Shown here: one piece after another, positions 15,101 through 21,734 of the stretch
How positions within the stretch are numbered: the stretch's first letter is position 1
Layout of the letters: each line of letters begins with the position of its first letter
Origin: Giardia intestinalis
Lineage: Eukaryota
Strand: one strand, 5' to 3'
DNA length: 64,000 bases
NCBI GenBank assembly: GCA_000002435.2
Contig: CM018793.1
The notes under the pieces: generated by a model
Databases searched by the model: none
What the model saw: only the letters and a program-made list of their open reading frames with translations
Told to the model about the DNA's origin: nothing
Made by a program: the position numbers and the translations under genes

Positions 15101-18100
15101 CCTATTTCTCTGCATGTGTCTTCTGCCATGAAGCAAGCATTGAGCAGCCTCGCCACGAAGGGATTGCTGTTGGAGCGCAATATAGGGTCACCTAAGGGAG
15201 ATTCTACTATTGGTTCTCTGGAGAACTCGATTCCGTACCAGTTTCTCAAGATCCTTAACGAGAAATATAATGCAGCAAAGATGCTGAAAAATGGCCCTTT
15301 GCCAGGCGTCCTTCTGATTGCGGAGATAGCATGGAAACTCTATGAGTATCGTGTTGAGACACTTAGCAATATACTACAGGCATGCAATACGATTTTGTGG
15401 GGGGCTAATAGACTCAATGCCGACGAGCTAGTGGCAGACAATGGGCCACAAACGCCGCTTAGCCATATGCACACAAGTAGTGTCAATACCTCTGTGCGGT
15501 CCTTTTCAGCTGTATCGTTTTCTGTGCCTAATACGCAGTCTAGATCAAGGACGAGAAAGCGCGCTCTTAAGTCAAGAACCAGAGACCAGCAGACCACGAG
15601 TCAGACAATTCATGAGTCTGCCTTTGGCATCAACTCATTACTCAGTGAGCCGAAGGGCTTTAAAGCCGAGGCCCTCGATCCAGAGCCGGCTCATGAGGTG
15701 GACAGAGATGAGGTGACACAGCGCTATCTGACTATCATTCAGGAGATGAAATCTGAGTTAGAAGGTCTGCTACCTTGCCAACTTGAAGCGTGTATTGATA
15801 TGGCTGTGAGGTTTCTTTGTCTCAGTGAAGACTGCTTTAGCTCCTCTGATGCTGGCAGGGATGCTGCTTCATCGATGTCCTTATCACAAGGAAAGAGGTC
15901 TGTGTCTGCTTCTATGGCACATGACGTATTTAAGCAACACCGCCATTCTTGTGATAGCGAATCAGATCCGCACTTACCACCTACCTGTGCCTGCACTACC
16001 GACTTTCTCCTCGAAGAGTTCAGCTACTTTACTATCCCAGAGAGCTATCCTACTCCTGCTCTTTTGACAGCGTTTTTCAACATCCTCCACATCAACCTTG
16101 GGGAAGCTTTAGCAATCGCTGAGATCTTGCTTGACTCCAAGGCAAGGTGCTTGCCGGAAGAATTTCGTTCCGGTGAGATGCGGTCTTATGCCAAGAGCTT
16201 GCTCGTTGACAGGAGGATGCTATCTATATTTGCAATATATCTCATATCTGCGCAAATCCCACGACTGGTGCCGCTTCTTCCTTTCAATTATTCATTCATT
16301 GTGGTCCTAGTACTAGAAGCGTGTCAGAGGCCAGCTTTGTTCAAAGACCTGGTACTTCGTCGCAAGGACGCAGACATTGACGTTGATGCAGAATTCCGTA
16401 TTAGCTACGTTAACTGCGCAGTCTCCAAGCAGGAGTTTGCAAAGAGCTTAGATAGCATTCTCCAAGATGACGGTAACCAAGACGGGGCAGTCGTATTATA
16501 TAATTGCTTCTCATGCAAAGGCCAAGCGACAGAGTACTTAGTAACGTTTATTAGCCTCCTATCGAGTGCAACGCTGTTGCATGGCGATACACTCGTCTTC
16601 GATGGAGCCACAAGGATAAGGTTGAAATACGACCTAGCTAGGACTCGATTCTACTTTACTTCAGCTAGAAACGTTGACTACTCCTCTCTATCTAAGTTGC
16701 AAGAGAGCGTTTACCCCATCTATACGCCACAATACTTGCAGCAAGCCCTTATTCACCGGATTGAGGCATTGAAGTCTGGGGAGACCGTCCAGGATCCCAC
16801 CGACGGTCTGAAGGAGTTGTTCATAGATCTTTTTTACTACATGTTGCACTACTGCACAATGTACGACACACACCCTTTGTTCCGCAATCTTCTTCTCCTC
16901 GAAGCAAAGAGGGACGTCATCAGGGAAGTCCTGAAAACTAGCGCGACCATCCACAGTATCACGATGGCAGAGCGCGGCGCCATAAGCTCAGCTAAGCGGC
17001 AGATTATGGGCAGCATTTACAAAGATGCAACTGCACTCCTACCAAAAGTCATGCTCCTGAAGAGAGGCTGCCTAAATGGTCAGCAACTCGAAGATACACC
17101 TCAACTTATGCAGAAAATTGCACAGGCGTATGCCGCACTGTTTGGCTACTTTTATTCTTTAAGCGCGGACTATCAGCAGGTATTATCCCTCCTTACTCCA
17201 AGATTCTTTGCTGGCTGGCTTGACAATATGATCGAGCTGATACACCACAGCAGATGCAGTATGGGCGATCCCACTATCACACAGCTGGTTGGTTGGCTGG
17301 CCCATCATACTGTAAGGTATCCATTACAATATGTTTCTCGTTTGCTCCCGTTAACAAAGATAGAGCCTGTGCTATTCACATGTACGGCCATCTACTGCAC
17401 GGCGCTGGAGCACATGAGCACCAAGGAGCTTAGTGTGATAAAGCTGCTGATTGCTATAGAAGATAATCAGCTGCACACGCTAGAAAGGATTATCTTGCGT
17501 GGAGGCAAGAAGGAGGCAGCTGAGTATGATGCAACTCAACGCCCATTCATCAAGATGCTGTCACTAGCCGAAGAGGACTGCGCTGCAGCAGCACTCATTG
17601 CCAATTGCTGCGGGTTCCCGTCCCAGAAGGCTTCCAATGCATGGATCAGATTGTCCGTTCTATACGCATTTCTACCCAAGCTTGTTGGCCCGTGGGTAGC
17701 CCATTTCAGGAAGGAAAGGCGCTCGTTCGTGAAGTTAGCCTCTGGTAATACCTTCCGTTCATTACTTAATCAGTATCTCGGTTTGGAAAGCGAGCCTGCA
17801 TGCAAATTCATCGGGACAGAAGAACTTTTTCAAAGCAGAGTCGCCGGGGTCAATCGGGATTCGGTCACAGCTATTGACCACTTGATAAGAGACCAACGGA
17901 TCCCCTACTACCAAAGAAAGCGCGCAAAGACCGCGCCGTCCAAGAAGCAGACGGAGGGCGCATACACAAAGAAAGCCACCATAAAGCCAATGATTATCAA
18001 CCAACCCCTTCCTAAGCTGGCGGACAATGTACAAGCAGTAGCACAACCAGAAAAAGACCTCTCTGGGGACAATAGAACCGATGCGACTGTGCACAGGGAA

Positions 18101-21025
18101 GTAGATAGAAGCAATTTACAGATTAAGGAGCTATTTCTACTGAGCTACACATCCATGAATGGCTCTTTCTGTCCGCAAAGGAGACAGCTTCTTACCACTG
18201 CCTCATCAACGGCACAGCAACATGAAGCCGACTCGGATACTCTTCTGCTGCAATCAACCGCTAAAGGGCTGGATTTGGAGCTAGAGAAATGCACTGAGCC
18301 ATTAGCGCTGCCAGCTGACATGACGTCGTATTCCATCAGAACCATATGGAAAGCACTTCTATTGAGCCTGGCATGTGACAGAGAAGCGCGTTCTGATGCA
18401 TGTAGCCTTCTTCTCCGAATCTGTCCACTTTGTAACGTCACAGACACAGTGAAGGAATATTACAAAGAGCTATCCGCTGACAGCACCGCACTCGCCGAGT
18501 TTCTAGGCGTGTCAGGTGGCACGCTTTCTCCCAACTTAACCCTTATAGTCAGAAGCCACCTGTTACCACATTCATGTGAGGAAGAAAGCCAACCATTAGG
18601 TGCGGTTCTACAAGAAATGGATCCTCAAGTATCTGCTGCACGGAGAAATCTACTTTTGTGGTACGACGAGTCTGTTGATATCGAGCGCCTAATCAGCTAC
18701 TCCTATACGTGTGTTTGGAAGAGTCTTTCCTCCTACTCGTCTTTGTCATTCAGTAGATATCCTACCAAGGAAATGCTCATGACACCGGAGTCTGTCATCG
18801 CTGTAATATGCGTAGATCCTAACCTACAAATTTCACACCTCCTTGCTATTAGAGAGGGGCTGTGCGATACGACCGCCGCATCTATCATCATATGCATACC
18901 ATCTAGCTCTAGGCCGTCGGTTACTGTGTCCCAAGTCATAGCGTTAACAAATATCTTCTGCACCCGTACAGAGAGCCTGATAATGCCTGAATGCGTCTTT
19001 AGACGGTACAAGGAGTACTTCACCTTAGTTTTGGCACTAGCGGCAAGAAATACAGACATCGCCAAGCAACTGTGCGCACTGTCCGCAGATGAGTCCCAGT
19101 TGATAGTGTCGCTTCTTTTATTCTTCAGTGCAATGAATCACAAAACCAGTAGGATCTCCTTCGTGGCAAAACAACTGCGCTCATGTGACAGCCACGGATC
19201 TCCTGTCTTTGGTCCGTGCATCGTTCACTCTGAGCATATATACTTCACATGGTTAATAGAAGCATTTTCCACGATGCAGCGCGGATGGGCCACTCTTACA
19301 GAAATACGGGCATTCCTCCAGACGTACATAGCGCCAGAGGAACAAGCATTTATGGAGAACACGGCAGAGGACAACGCAGAGTACGAGCAGACGCATCGTT
19401 ACTCACTTGAATCGCTGATAACAACAGCTGCAAAAATAATGGGCACACTTGCAGCAGAGGCGACTAAGGAGCGAGAGGGCCGCACGAGCGCCTTAGCCGC
19501 GGCAGACAAATCAGCAATCAATCTCTTGAACCTGTCTCTTCCATGTCGCGTAGCACGGGACTTCTCCCAGTCGAAAAAGCAGACGGCTTGCTCGCCTCTT
19601 CGCGCTAATTATCTCCTCGAAAACATTTTCAGCCACCAACTGATCAAAGCCTTTGAGAAGGGCGCTGTCCTCGGAAAGTACCCCCTGGTGTATCCACGTG
19701 TGTGCATTAAGGCTAATTTCTATAGACAAGATGAAACAATAGATGGAGAAGAGCCTCCTATTGACCCAGTGTGTGCTACTGACCTGAGCGCAACCGCGTC
19801 AGCGCCAGATAAACACGCCTCGGGTGAGTGCGCTTACGGGGCCAGTATTTATAATGTCAGCGAACAGGACACGTGCTCTGCAGACAGAGGAAGCTCCTCG
19901 AACAACATATTGTGTTATTTAGATCATGGTGGCAATGCAGGGCAGACAGACACTGATTCAATAGACAGTACAAGCCAGGATCCGCAGCATACATATGCGT
20001 GCGAGATAGAAGACTACACAGTATCATATGCACGGGAAATCGGTACATGTAGCATGGACATAGCCGAAGTATCTGCGCTAGTTACCAGTAGTACACCACT
20101 CATGCAATCCCTTGAGAGCGTAGGTCGCGCCTTCGAGACGCTTGCATCTGTAGCAAGAATCCATGGGACGCCAGAACAAAAGTTCCTCCTAAGTCAGCCT
20201 ACGTGCCTTACTGACAACTCTTCTGCTCAAGAGTATAGTGAAGCGATGCTTAGCTTAGCAGTCCGCGTGATTACGACTGTGTGTGGCGCTCCCCAGACTC
20301 TTTTTTACGATAAGACGATGGAGTATGGAGACGACTCCAGAGGAATCTCACAACTTCTTGTACAGTACTCAACACTCAGCGATTATGCTCGCCCAGCAGC
20401 GCTCCCTTATGCACAGCACTTAGTGGAGGACGCCAGCCTCATGTTGCGGAGTCTCGGACGCTCCGGCGGGCTCATGACAGCACACCCCTGTGTCTATGGA
20501 TCAGCGCTATTTGAAGTCATGGCGTACCACAAACTTAGCTTTGCCAGCGCATACTCTATTCCCCCAGAAAACGTACGCACCGCATTATTCGCCAAGTTCC
20601 CAGATTGTACAGGATATAACCACGCCATCGTAGGCGAAAGCATGATCGTGGAGAAGCGAGAAGACGGGAACCCAGAATACAACTACATACCATTCTGCAC
20701 CAAGCTAGTCGGGATGAAGCTGTATGGAATGCTTTACGACGCACAGACGGGATCTCTAGTGGACTTTATAACTCCCGCACACAGGACTCCGTCTAGAATC
20801 GATGTCTACGCAGTCCCCCTCTGCTACGAACCGAAGGAGGAGACACAGCAGCATACAGACCCAGCCCACCCAGGGAGGCAGGGCCCAGATACGCAGCCCA
20901 ATCCCCTACAATTTGTGCGCGTGCGATGTCCGCCGCTGCCAGGCATATACGCATACTTCAGGAATGAGACCGGCCTGAAGGCCGACGAGCTCCTGCAGCG
21001 GGGGCTGCGCCTGGAGATGGAGTAA
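125..21025 (+). CDS. Giant 6966-aa protein of unknown function, single uninterrupted ORF. It has one P-loop-like motif (GKRFSGKTTLLK) in a dynein-AAA-like context, but no confident family assignment.
   Basis: 20.9-kb ORF with no stops. It ends ...EME-TAA inside AGTAAAC (host-type poly(A) signal). Codon usage is moderate-GC, like the neighbouring genes. Confidence 0.7.
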   Translation: MNPSTKRMLQKDSLPNIYAYMHLYLKKEIYLEDQNKYYRLDKISDDDDAEENGTLFMRKFTGPGKKNLVNCYLGDPSDLLGEDGQLKPTEEDEEASEEAQPAYVCSGKVPTLERIEVDEASPMLHFAMLYIRLFGLFARELTPVICSLFARDCILSNIHLENELLRQSPLLCYKLFCRVVISKFQEAYLHDLNEWAEYICPQSHVPVPSSLQESSQPSSVIQPETTVPTLVLDLEPVSTDGNQTITAAAAVADSIITRRFLSQGFFTTSDRQEMDFLHFEFNCQQISKDNRRYVTGGDTEGLSNLKIIYANSLDFELSQFRTLIAAIFTSVTELKCNIEQHLEFDLLFLSRSVVPGFDSLLSLQDYVIQHVQKEMELIQESLTDNILNPQTFRDDIKRAEYLTEISSSRIPDFITSYYNMRKEMRIQYSRLLMANMQELTRVKEVYGLSLKRLNENLHDRRAFDRSILHLERDVFVAFEKLLSSIGSVSQLCLAFIEQEFGTNNLHISAKNLVFSLCFDPLQDVKKLETVSEDRHGKKAVSVVYPPKFLLNCEGSQLIVFSFESLLGLDTPLEQSASTKGSGRGRAIDGMSLPIGATIPRYNEPCNGASAVGASSLLDHSKMLELIENAIVVTKDIITYIENNLLPLPDVLYTRFATYTIKILKNQAINKLLSLVRKIRQHVQETIYAVIREASQRIQAFKGSLVVDVDTPDNLELVLQSKNAAQRFLTIWMPAVFVCLLALPKMSYLESYRHVSSIQCINSDPEIELRPGSTAQEQQRSTTQPPDIYTLLESDVSFDQKMDHLFDAQFWMRCRRDVEVYEGVRQKEVQKQIEKQQELIRQQEVERRDMIKKLARGSSELADEDPACLQNLHNEFVSEKGLLSVKKIPLTRKYLSSEAKASSIKLQPILRKQSALVSYRQELLMLDLCDYKFNILDFIQLLASIKALMRRADRNIQAKICPFSKYIYLSVEYLMYLRTVCTNYAVEICYMTAADLILSVRNPSQFRIKYPYMTSNLVLNQIDPYFASEDIEVSYAYLNFLQRSTSLAITRYANERALSLSALYTRPSDSNLVGVDSVVTLDDFLAFLIQRVSAQDSRRGYNTSTKSAGETDTYYDIYHIFSDIGHIASESQKIYNSLEKWAMLVGIKLSISKPTFLEVTTSLKHPISFFLSLINIYATYAQSLKASINFFNYKFFEKHSEELYLAAREMHLADKQRFKCAQEKSKSRNVKSSSFFIEALDQSSSSNPHRIRQSGAVHRRSPAESTLKGQVAHTASVASISRYMDSTIVLDGSAATSLPMSSKLENNASDTLLTLIDSMQELPPRSVHSQDPGSTNLMASKLREHYYELPDPRSESSNSLSVSSTVARHPDSKDDSESEIITVVTADQLRNDKGASSKLLMTQLANTLDPEDCKTTPSHSDDDGGDLQGKTSRVSETDSEYSDGKDPDEKLDIGLLRMRRQEPTGFATSYSTAQMRLNTAVAERIKLQTGTVRPAAATRIITDICADRQPLSSSDIAGPDTHLTDTSFHMEPSSSATDTKNTLLRRRPKLSIKTEADEEKQEPCMESVDSVDPDLLSYRIQQIITDYCRKNEQPPFTVQYSSWIDTADRVVQVHLLAITQRIIFLSEIRRLFTSRCFVERLFTMLDKSCGDISVTNAKALLKATTVDDMTRLLNAQNFALITNMTRQYEHNLAAEKKLHEIYKWILSLKVWVIKYSLDIPLHTAFKTYVSAKLGRSKTQSHTKRSYSSRVSKALHRPARSAMADTSPSSYQLITRIDQARRPVTIADVDCSLYCPITLDYSTRFRKKYINHHRPTRVLLFDRLEPLIDLFKDQTMEYDAVYQKARVSCADVGPGDTSLSSVSIISDDSTFNETSINVTQSTSHNASGSRKRTASARRRPAQSYDMQETIELPYPSLQPYLLKAIREALFMVSTVLGDDQIVESVKTMARRLHIFLSAARIFAATVERVRMHLPEVLALLNVIFDEVPETSFLSIDLERYKGVVATLLQVLHLFSEICVAMHESDKKVDLARFSSPSFEHLKAVSLVKNKRLDIPRFEFISFLSDLTDDTSEYSAQTKHTRLASYLDGDSTCMPLAFLFEQQQYSLVENFIAAANQCDGLLQDARELFWKKRIGHVISGRLELGLENLPESFYIVFSKFNGSFTNAQLSNQFFDVAHTGSEMKPPLPDHVHTTLSGVLQLPSQRDTRLQTTRHRGGSYVSARSALPTTRLSADTFSKLKYAYTSGHIIANKLLYSKGGTQISFFGIQSGHEAILYDKVINLRCRLHMASVLLHPKILTSAIQAEFRKAIILLLNEQYSQCLCYCTYQAVIYALSACVLVYLDGRYESFEYCYYHVLGGLKRIIECSYPDLLAHMGNASASIFNSPTDTDTAVTKLFTLKAIYARVIEFMNLLDIIALSVVSYIFSLNPLYLSRFHKLEPPFSLQNYSKLLTKFSRSAMLNERSKKQGISLSFMHNKFTSCLFLSLPSLKLFQKTHCSYDAARMDEKALITEAYRRAVVALRRAVPLRSVLEMQSASHGLSDIVAVPDIRTVSSVESTNDEDFSDAQAGTPSKALATFSSAEIACLSPGVASAPPVASGAAVSHGLSRGEGETLFIDPLPRLVPNDIVYIDADEHGDIDIPLETPASLTSILLGPWGLKDFNLAHVSCCTQYDTVFIDYTHKRKCALLISSLIDNIPVVIFTDRHMGYRSMEVPYILEHATRLSGLRYCFLNVAPGKLESYRMAIYANMLSGVTTVLTGLELSATDGHAEWALISALFTLSPGADFPPIYDRISATPMDSKAYRNSWHTSRLGGIIFWIADAVCLNNSEDQNYIVSDWALKFLRLFRQKTQLYFPTSYLTNDCHVLAMEYTMDMPTYIQRISFIKNQFSASIFDLVNKKATLSENLSVKASASLASSVISSRETIKAATYAGSSHLPRLFNDLHIVSDLSSSCTLEALFCIIPQFSSQLAIFAEFLLRQTTAFPKLVLGDIRTIIQTLQSPITALNMSLALLFYLTVLMWTEETATNQFSAKQMYLMEYLATLFHLDAHERSRFKSLVESPLSKFEQIIQTYASDTYISQLGLLAQSSGLLSLFGSHSLFTLGRILATGRPCLLFLDTMDPGTLTRIQAGVEHVSRLHVLIVYSIYDLFEMTESIERSADDTGLMLVCADPADSHWIGSIFAMCSCRQEICLPNKIRYVFPRHCKVVVVAHSKCLSLRKISCPSIHFNRNVHLSPLGLLQVSFSSVAFLNMKYFNDIRNIETSHLSTYKDVVEHIAMKYDVDYHLYTHAEETRIKQDVYLNYLNFFYYNLTILASRRVFNMYAFTIRDWRVLKALITLFLVYDNVLNIKHYMDVMDGEDYRLFIGSSTKQQAKPGSADIRAPEQSTMSQQIARTIEAVLPPRRVSDLNPYAELAYFSYYDQEERRSEKNEAEYIKECRKDIDFSAVGLSDLRYITGSPIYLPWASNFSRKTQIICEFSYSFTKLIFVNTSTAEVIRRIHSSIFAAIFNAFTLLIAAPYELHSAEQDSASYRSYYRRYLELLPSFLHLVHKFFCPAYLFHSNPSMQQWFVSFYASLKASLQDLYAVQLSMHGFIGAEKYCRYTCLTHTQSMSDVTLLRAANFLGVKNQLRSDVVEHVQLFNLKCGQLDREAQEDLWIPGEQQLPSARYDKLSLSQLDKDSFHTAETSSTTAIADTPASEQSCRASTDGDSVLHRTPQIDNVLLKRFAEKAYVHELFDSYHDLGRSRAEECMHLQIAEDLKQELPSDLQLSGHDSHLKPVTDISLTGSAPHCNTSRTTEEKQELEGPASYHNPDTTSEAQLDSAHATDYLAFVRQTYQFLPVPYHIGDGLFSNPALSHYMQLYSDNDVEPPLIITTELSAVAVFLAGLILAGECFALTGKRFSGKTTLLKLAYALLPQNIVSLTSFRVPCGEDLDPQEFMQRILQRNLVFKPDTTSPGERYSVALPERKLLVAHIERIDQGAWEKLMNLNLQSGLLSLSHNVSQSLELGSDNVGVLFLPGVVFAYEASADYSDLSSNQNDLYFIQHSSTSTPSFLHNFLYWGLIRRRFHLSDYVPLSDSSAPLNGGHALEDYFSNALLTKLHEAICAGPSKDVQNSYTRVSYRNKTPQLHEETLCKLPVPSAELPNTLKTFVHFLKQLESTTPISSLRLVWSMLQNSASDDGFLVTSVNVPPVPISRENACFQFPCINLLLSTIVRHTELPVDVVFQSISQLINTNTLDEVLKGKEELPSSSLPLRRADPGNLYLLHEGWIQGLSLLLKHHDQSIEDFVMDLAGDSYYMKHKRILYSQEDQLSGRSPSHTRVLLPYFSKAGHMLYFKTDLGGHSSPDRRALAASSGFFSDPHLIGSLTSGLGLMSKLRPQSTLDSERLKAKLPQHLLDKGSILMGRSLRASMMNIDGVQTFPSGELVYPQDQADCPARAVSSKVLSSANLCRSRVDIDSDSSEEDDKMQKSFVLEQQASLEEQKHNVVACLLSRCRTVAHVDTYAIAAIIHIYLAITRAFQSNVLKMAEYLLYMRRGSNRACPQFVQFNPLANPPRMPIINMLVPSGSTHFDSYSQYLQVLRSIGKYVMFDTVEFFEFVCRNTYSPNNGILKISIEKKAETFRIYESAVLEEVLGSSVQKIEPDAAPKAKKEVTLRNVFQGRVAFANYAVHLARTHRFIIDINQVLQYVQAAARCIKPASTTHEVYHSNKDPLEDEEELSDEDQFVSRVDPRVLRKMPLKPVISPDGTEFKRNNEVVKTYSGKLSKTDPFFWIFKEQEDRTGGGFVPTYDYRHHRHRYFNKLVSVFLDSHDPRQLVHYIIRSMLLMALGFSPLLGFVDLSYFKRDVYNYRTCYTCELWPYVDMEKMQTDLEASDLAELVLTEPCDILLTVPFEYLDRKKISFLPESCPYFSPTELKFLGYLVSFVYGLQHLLSETELLWLCSRNLAIVILEGGEVCNTIDSVRYTAFSPRIHTALLEERLSRLHPRLTTTYNDANQQPISLHVSSAMKQALSSLATKGLLLERNIGSPKGDSTIGSLENSIPYQFLKILNEKYNAAKMLKNGPLPGVLLIAEIAWKLYEYRVETLSNILQACNTILWGANRLNADELVADNGPQTPLSHMHTSSVNTSVRSFSAVSFSVPNTQSRSRTRKRALKSRTRDQQTTSQTIHESAFGINSLLSEPKGFKAEALDPEPAHEVDRDEVTQRYLTIIQEMKSELEGLLPCQLEACIDMAVRFLCLSEDCFSSSDAGRDAASSMSLSQGKRSVSASMAHDVFKQHRHSCDSESDPHLPPTCACTTDFLLEEFSYFTIPESYPTPALLTAFFNILHINLGEALAIAEILLDSKARCLPEEFRSGEMRSYAKSLLVDRRMLSIFAIYLISAQIPRLVPLLPFNYSFIVVLVLEACQRPALFKDLVLRRKDADIDVDAEFRISYVNCAVSKQEFAKSLDSILQDDGNQDGAVVLYNCFSCKGQATEYLVTFISLLSSATLLHGDTLVFDGATRIRLKYDLARTRFYFTSARNVDYSSLSKLQESVYPIYTPQYLQQALIHRIEALKSGETVQDPTDGLKELFIDLFYYMLHYCTMYDTHPLFRNLLLLEAKRDVIREVLKTSATIHSITMAERGAISSAKRQIMGSIYKDATALLPKVMLLKRGCLNGQQLEDTPQLMQKIAQAYAALFGYFYSLSADYQQVLSLLTPRFFAGWLDNMIELIHHSRCSMGDPTITQLVGWLAHHTVRYPLQYVSRLLPLTKIEPVLFTCTAIYCTALEHMSTKELSVIKLLIAIEDNQLHTLERIILRGGKKEAAEYDATQRPFIKMLSLAEEDCAAAALIANCCGFPSQKASNAWIRLSVLYAFLPKLVGPWVAHFRKERRSFVKLASGNTFRSLLNQYLGLESEPACKFIGTEELFQSRVAGVNRDSVTAIDHLIRDQRIPYYQRKRAKTAPSKKQTEGAYTKKATIKPMIINQPLPKLADNVQAVAQPEKDLSGDNRTDATVHREVDRSNLQIKELFLLSYTSMNGSFCPQRRQLLTTASSTAQQHEADSDTLLLQSTAKGLDLELEKCTEPLALPADMTSYSIRTIWKALLLSLACDREARSDACSLLLRICPLCNVTDTVKEYYKELSADSTALAEFLGVSGGTLSPNLTLIVRSHLLPHSCEEESQPLGAVLQEMDPQVSAARRNLLLWYDESVDIERLISYSYTCVWKSLSSYSSLSFSRYPTKEMLMTPESVIAVICVDPNLQISHLLAIREGLCDTTAASIIICIPSSSRPSVTVSQVIALTNIFCTRTESLIMPECVFRRYKEYFTLVLALAARNTDIAKQLCALSADESQLIVSLLLFFSAMNHKTSRISFVAKQLRSCDSHGSPVFGPCIVHSEHIYFTWLIEAFSTMQRGWATLTEIRAFLQTYIAPEEQAFMENTAEDNAEYEQTHRYSLESLITTAAKIMGTLAAEATKEREGRTSALAAADKSAINLLNLSLPCRVARDFSQSKKQTACSPLRANYLLENIFSHQLIKAFEKGAVLGKYPLVYPRVCIKANFYRQDETIDGEEPPIDPVCATDLSATASAPDKHASGECAYGASIYNVSEQDTCSADRGSSSNNILCYLDHGGNAGQTDTDSIDSTSQDPQHTYACEIEDYTVSYAREIGTCSMDIAEVSALVTSSTPLMQSLESVGRAFETLASVARIHGTPEQKFLLSQPTCLTDNSSAQEYSEAMLSLAVRVITTVCGAPQTLFYDKTMEYGDDSRGISQLLVQYSTLSDYARPAALPYAQHLVEDASLMLRSLGRSGGLMTAHPCVYGSALFEVMAYHKLSFASAYSIPPENVRTALFAKFPDCTGYNHAIVGESMIVEKREDGNPEYNYIPFCTKLVGMKLYGMLYDAQTGSLVDFITPAHRTPSRIDVYAVPLCYEPKEETQQHTDPAHPGRQGPDTQPNPLQFVRVRCPPLPGIYAYFRNETGLKADELLQRGLRLEME

Positions 21026-21164
21026 ACAAAAGCAAAGAAGGAGCGAAACCGTGCGGGCCCGAAGGCTAATGGCATGGCCGCCTGCTCAGCTGCGTGCGGC
21101 ACCCTCCCCGGGCTTCCCCGTTTTATGGAGTGCGAGACGGCTATCTCGGCTGAGGCCATTTACA

Positions 21165-21686
21165 TTACTTGGTGTACACAACCTCGAACTCACGCTCAAC
21201 CCAGGCACGGGCCTCATCAGGGGTTATCTTATGCGACGCACCAACGTGCTGCTGCTGTGCCCGGCGCTTATTGACGCGGAACCCGGGGCGAGAAAGGACC
21301 ACGTAGAAGTCCATACCATAGATACCCATGGACGGGTCGTACTTGATCCCGAGATCAATGTGTTCCGTGATGCCGAACCCGAAGTTTCCAGTGGTGGAGA
21401 AGCAAGAGTAGGGCAGTTCAAAGTTCTTGACGCGGAGGCCGCGCTCGATGATCTCGCGGGCCTTTTCGCCGCGAACGGTGACGTGTGTGGAGATCTTCTG
21501 ACCGCGGCGGATCCCGAAGCCGCGGATGGTGAGGCGAGACTTGGAGAACGTCGGCTCCTGGTCGGTGAGCTGCTGGAGGACCTTAGCAGCCTTTGTCAGC
21601 GCGTCGCCCTCTCCTCCGATGCAGATGTTGAGGACGAGCTTCTCAATGCGGATACGCCTCATGGGGTTCTCACTCTCCTGGGACAT
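21165..21686 (-). CDS. RPL11: 60S ribosomal protein L11 (uL5), intronless, 173 aa.
   Basis: Near full-length match to the eukaryotic L11 pattern (RIRKLVLNIC.GE.GD.LT.AAKVL.QLT.Q.P.FSK.R.T.R.FGIRR..KI..H.TVRG.KA.EI.E.GL.V...EL...[36 protein letters not shown]). The stop sits inside AGTAAAT. High GC3 is typical of highly expressed genes. Confidence 0.9.
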   Translation of the reverse strand: MSQESENPMRRIRIEKLVLNICIGGEGDALTKAAKVLQQLTDQEPTFSKSRLTIRGFGIRRGQKISTHVTVRGEKAREIIERGLRVKNFELPYSCFSTTGNFGFGITEHIDLGIKYDPSMGIYGMDFYVVLSRPGFRVNKRRAQQQHVGASHKITPDEARAWVEREFEVVYTK

Positions 21687-21734
21687 CTCGGGGGGACCTT
21701 TTTTCAGCTCATGAATTTCAATTTAAATTACTAG

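Noticed and set aside
21051-21734. 227-aa ORF on the + strand.
   Set aside because: It is fully antisense to the well-supported RPL11 gene. This is a stop-free reverse frame of a high-GC3 gene, not a real CDS. The same applies to 21224..21421 and 21526..21714.
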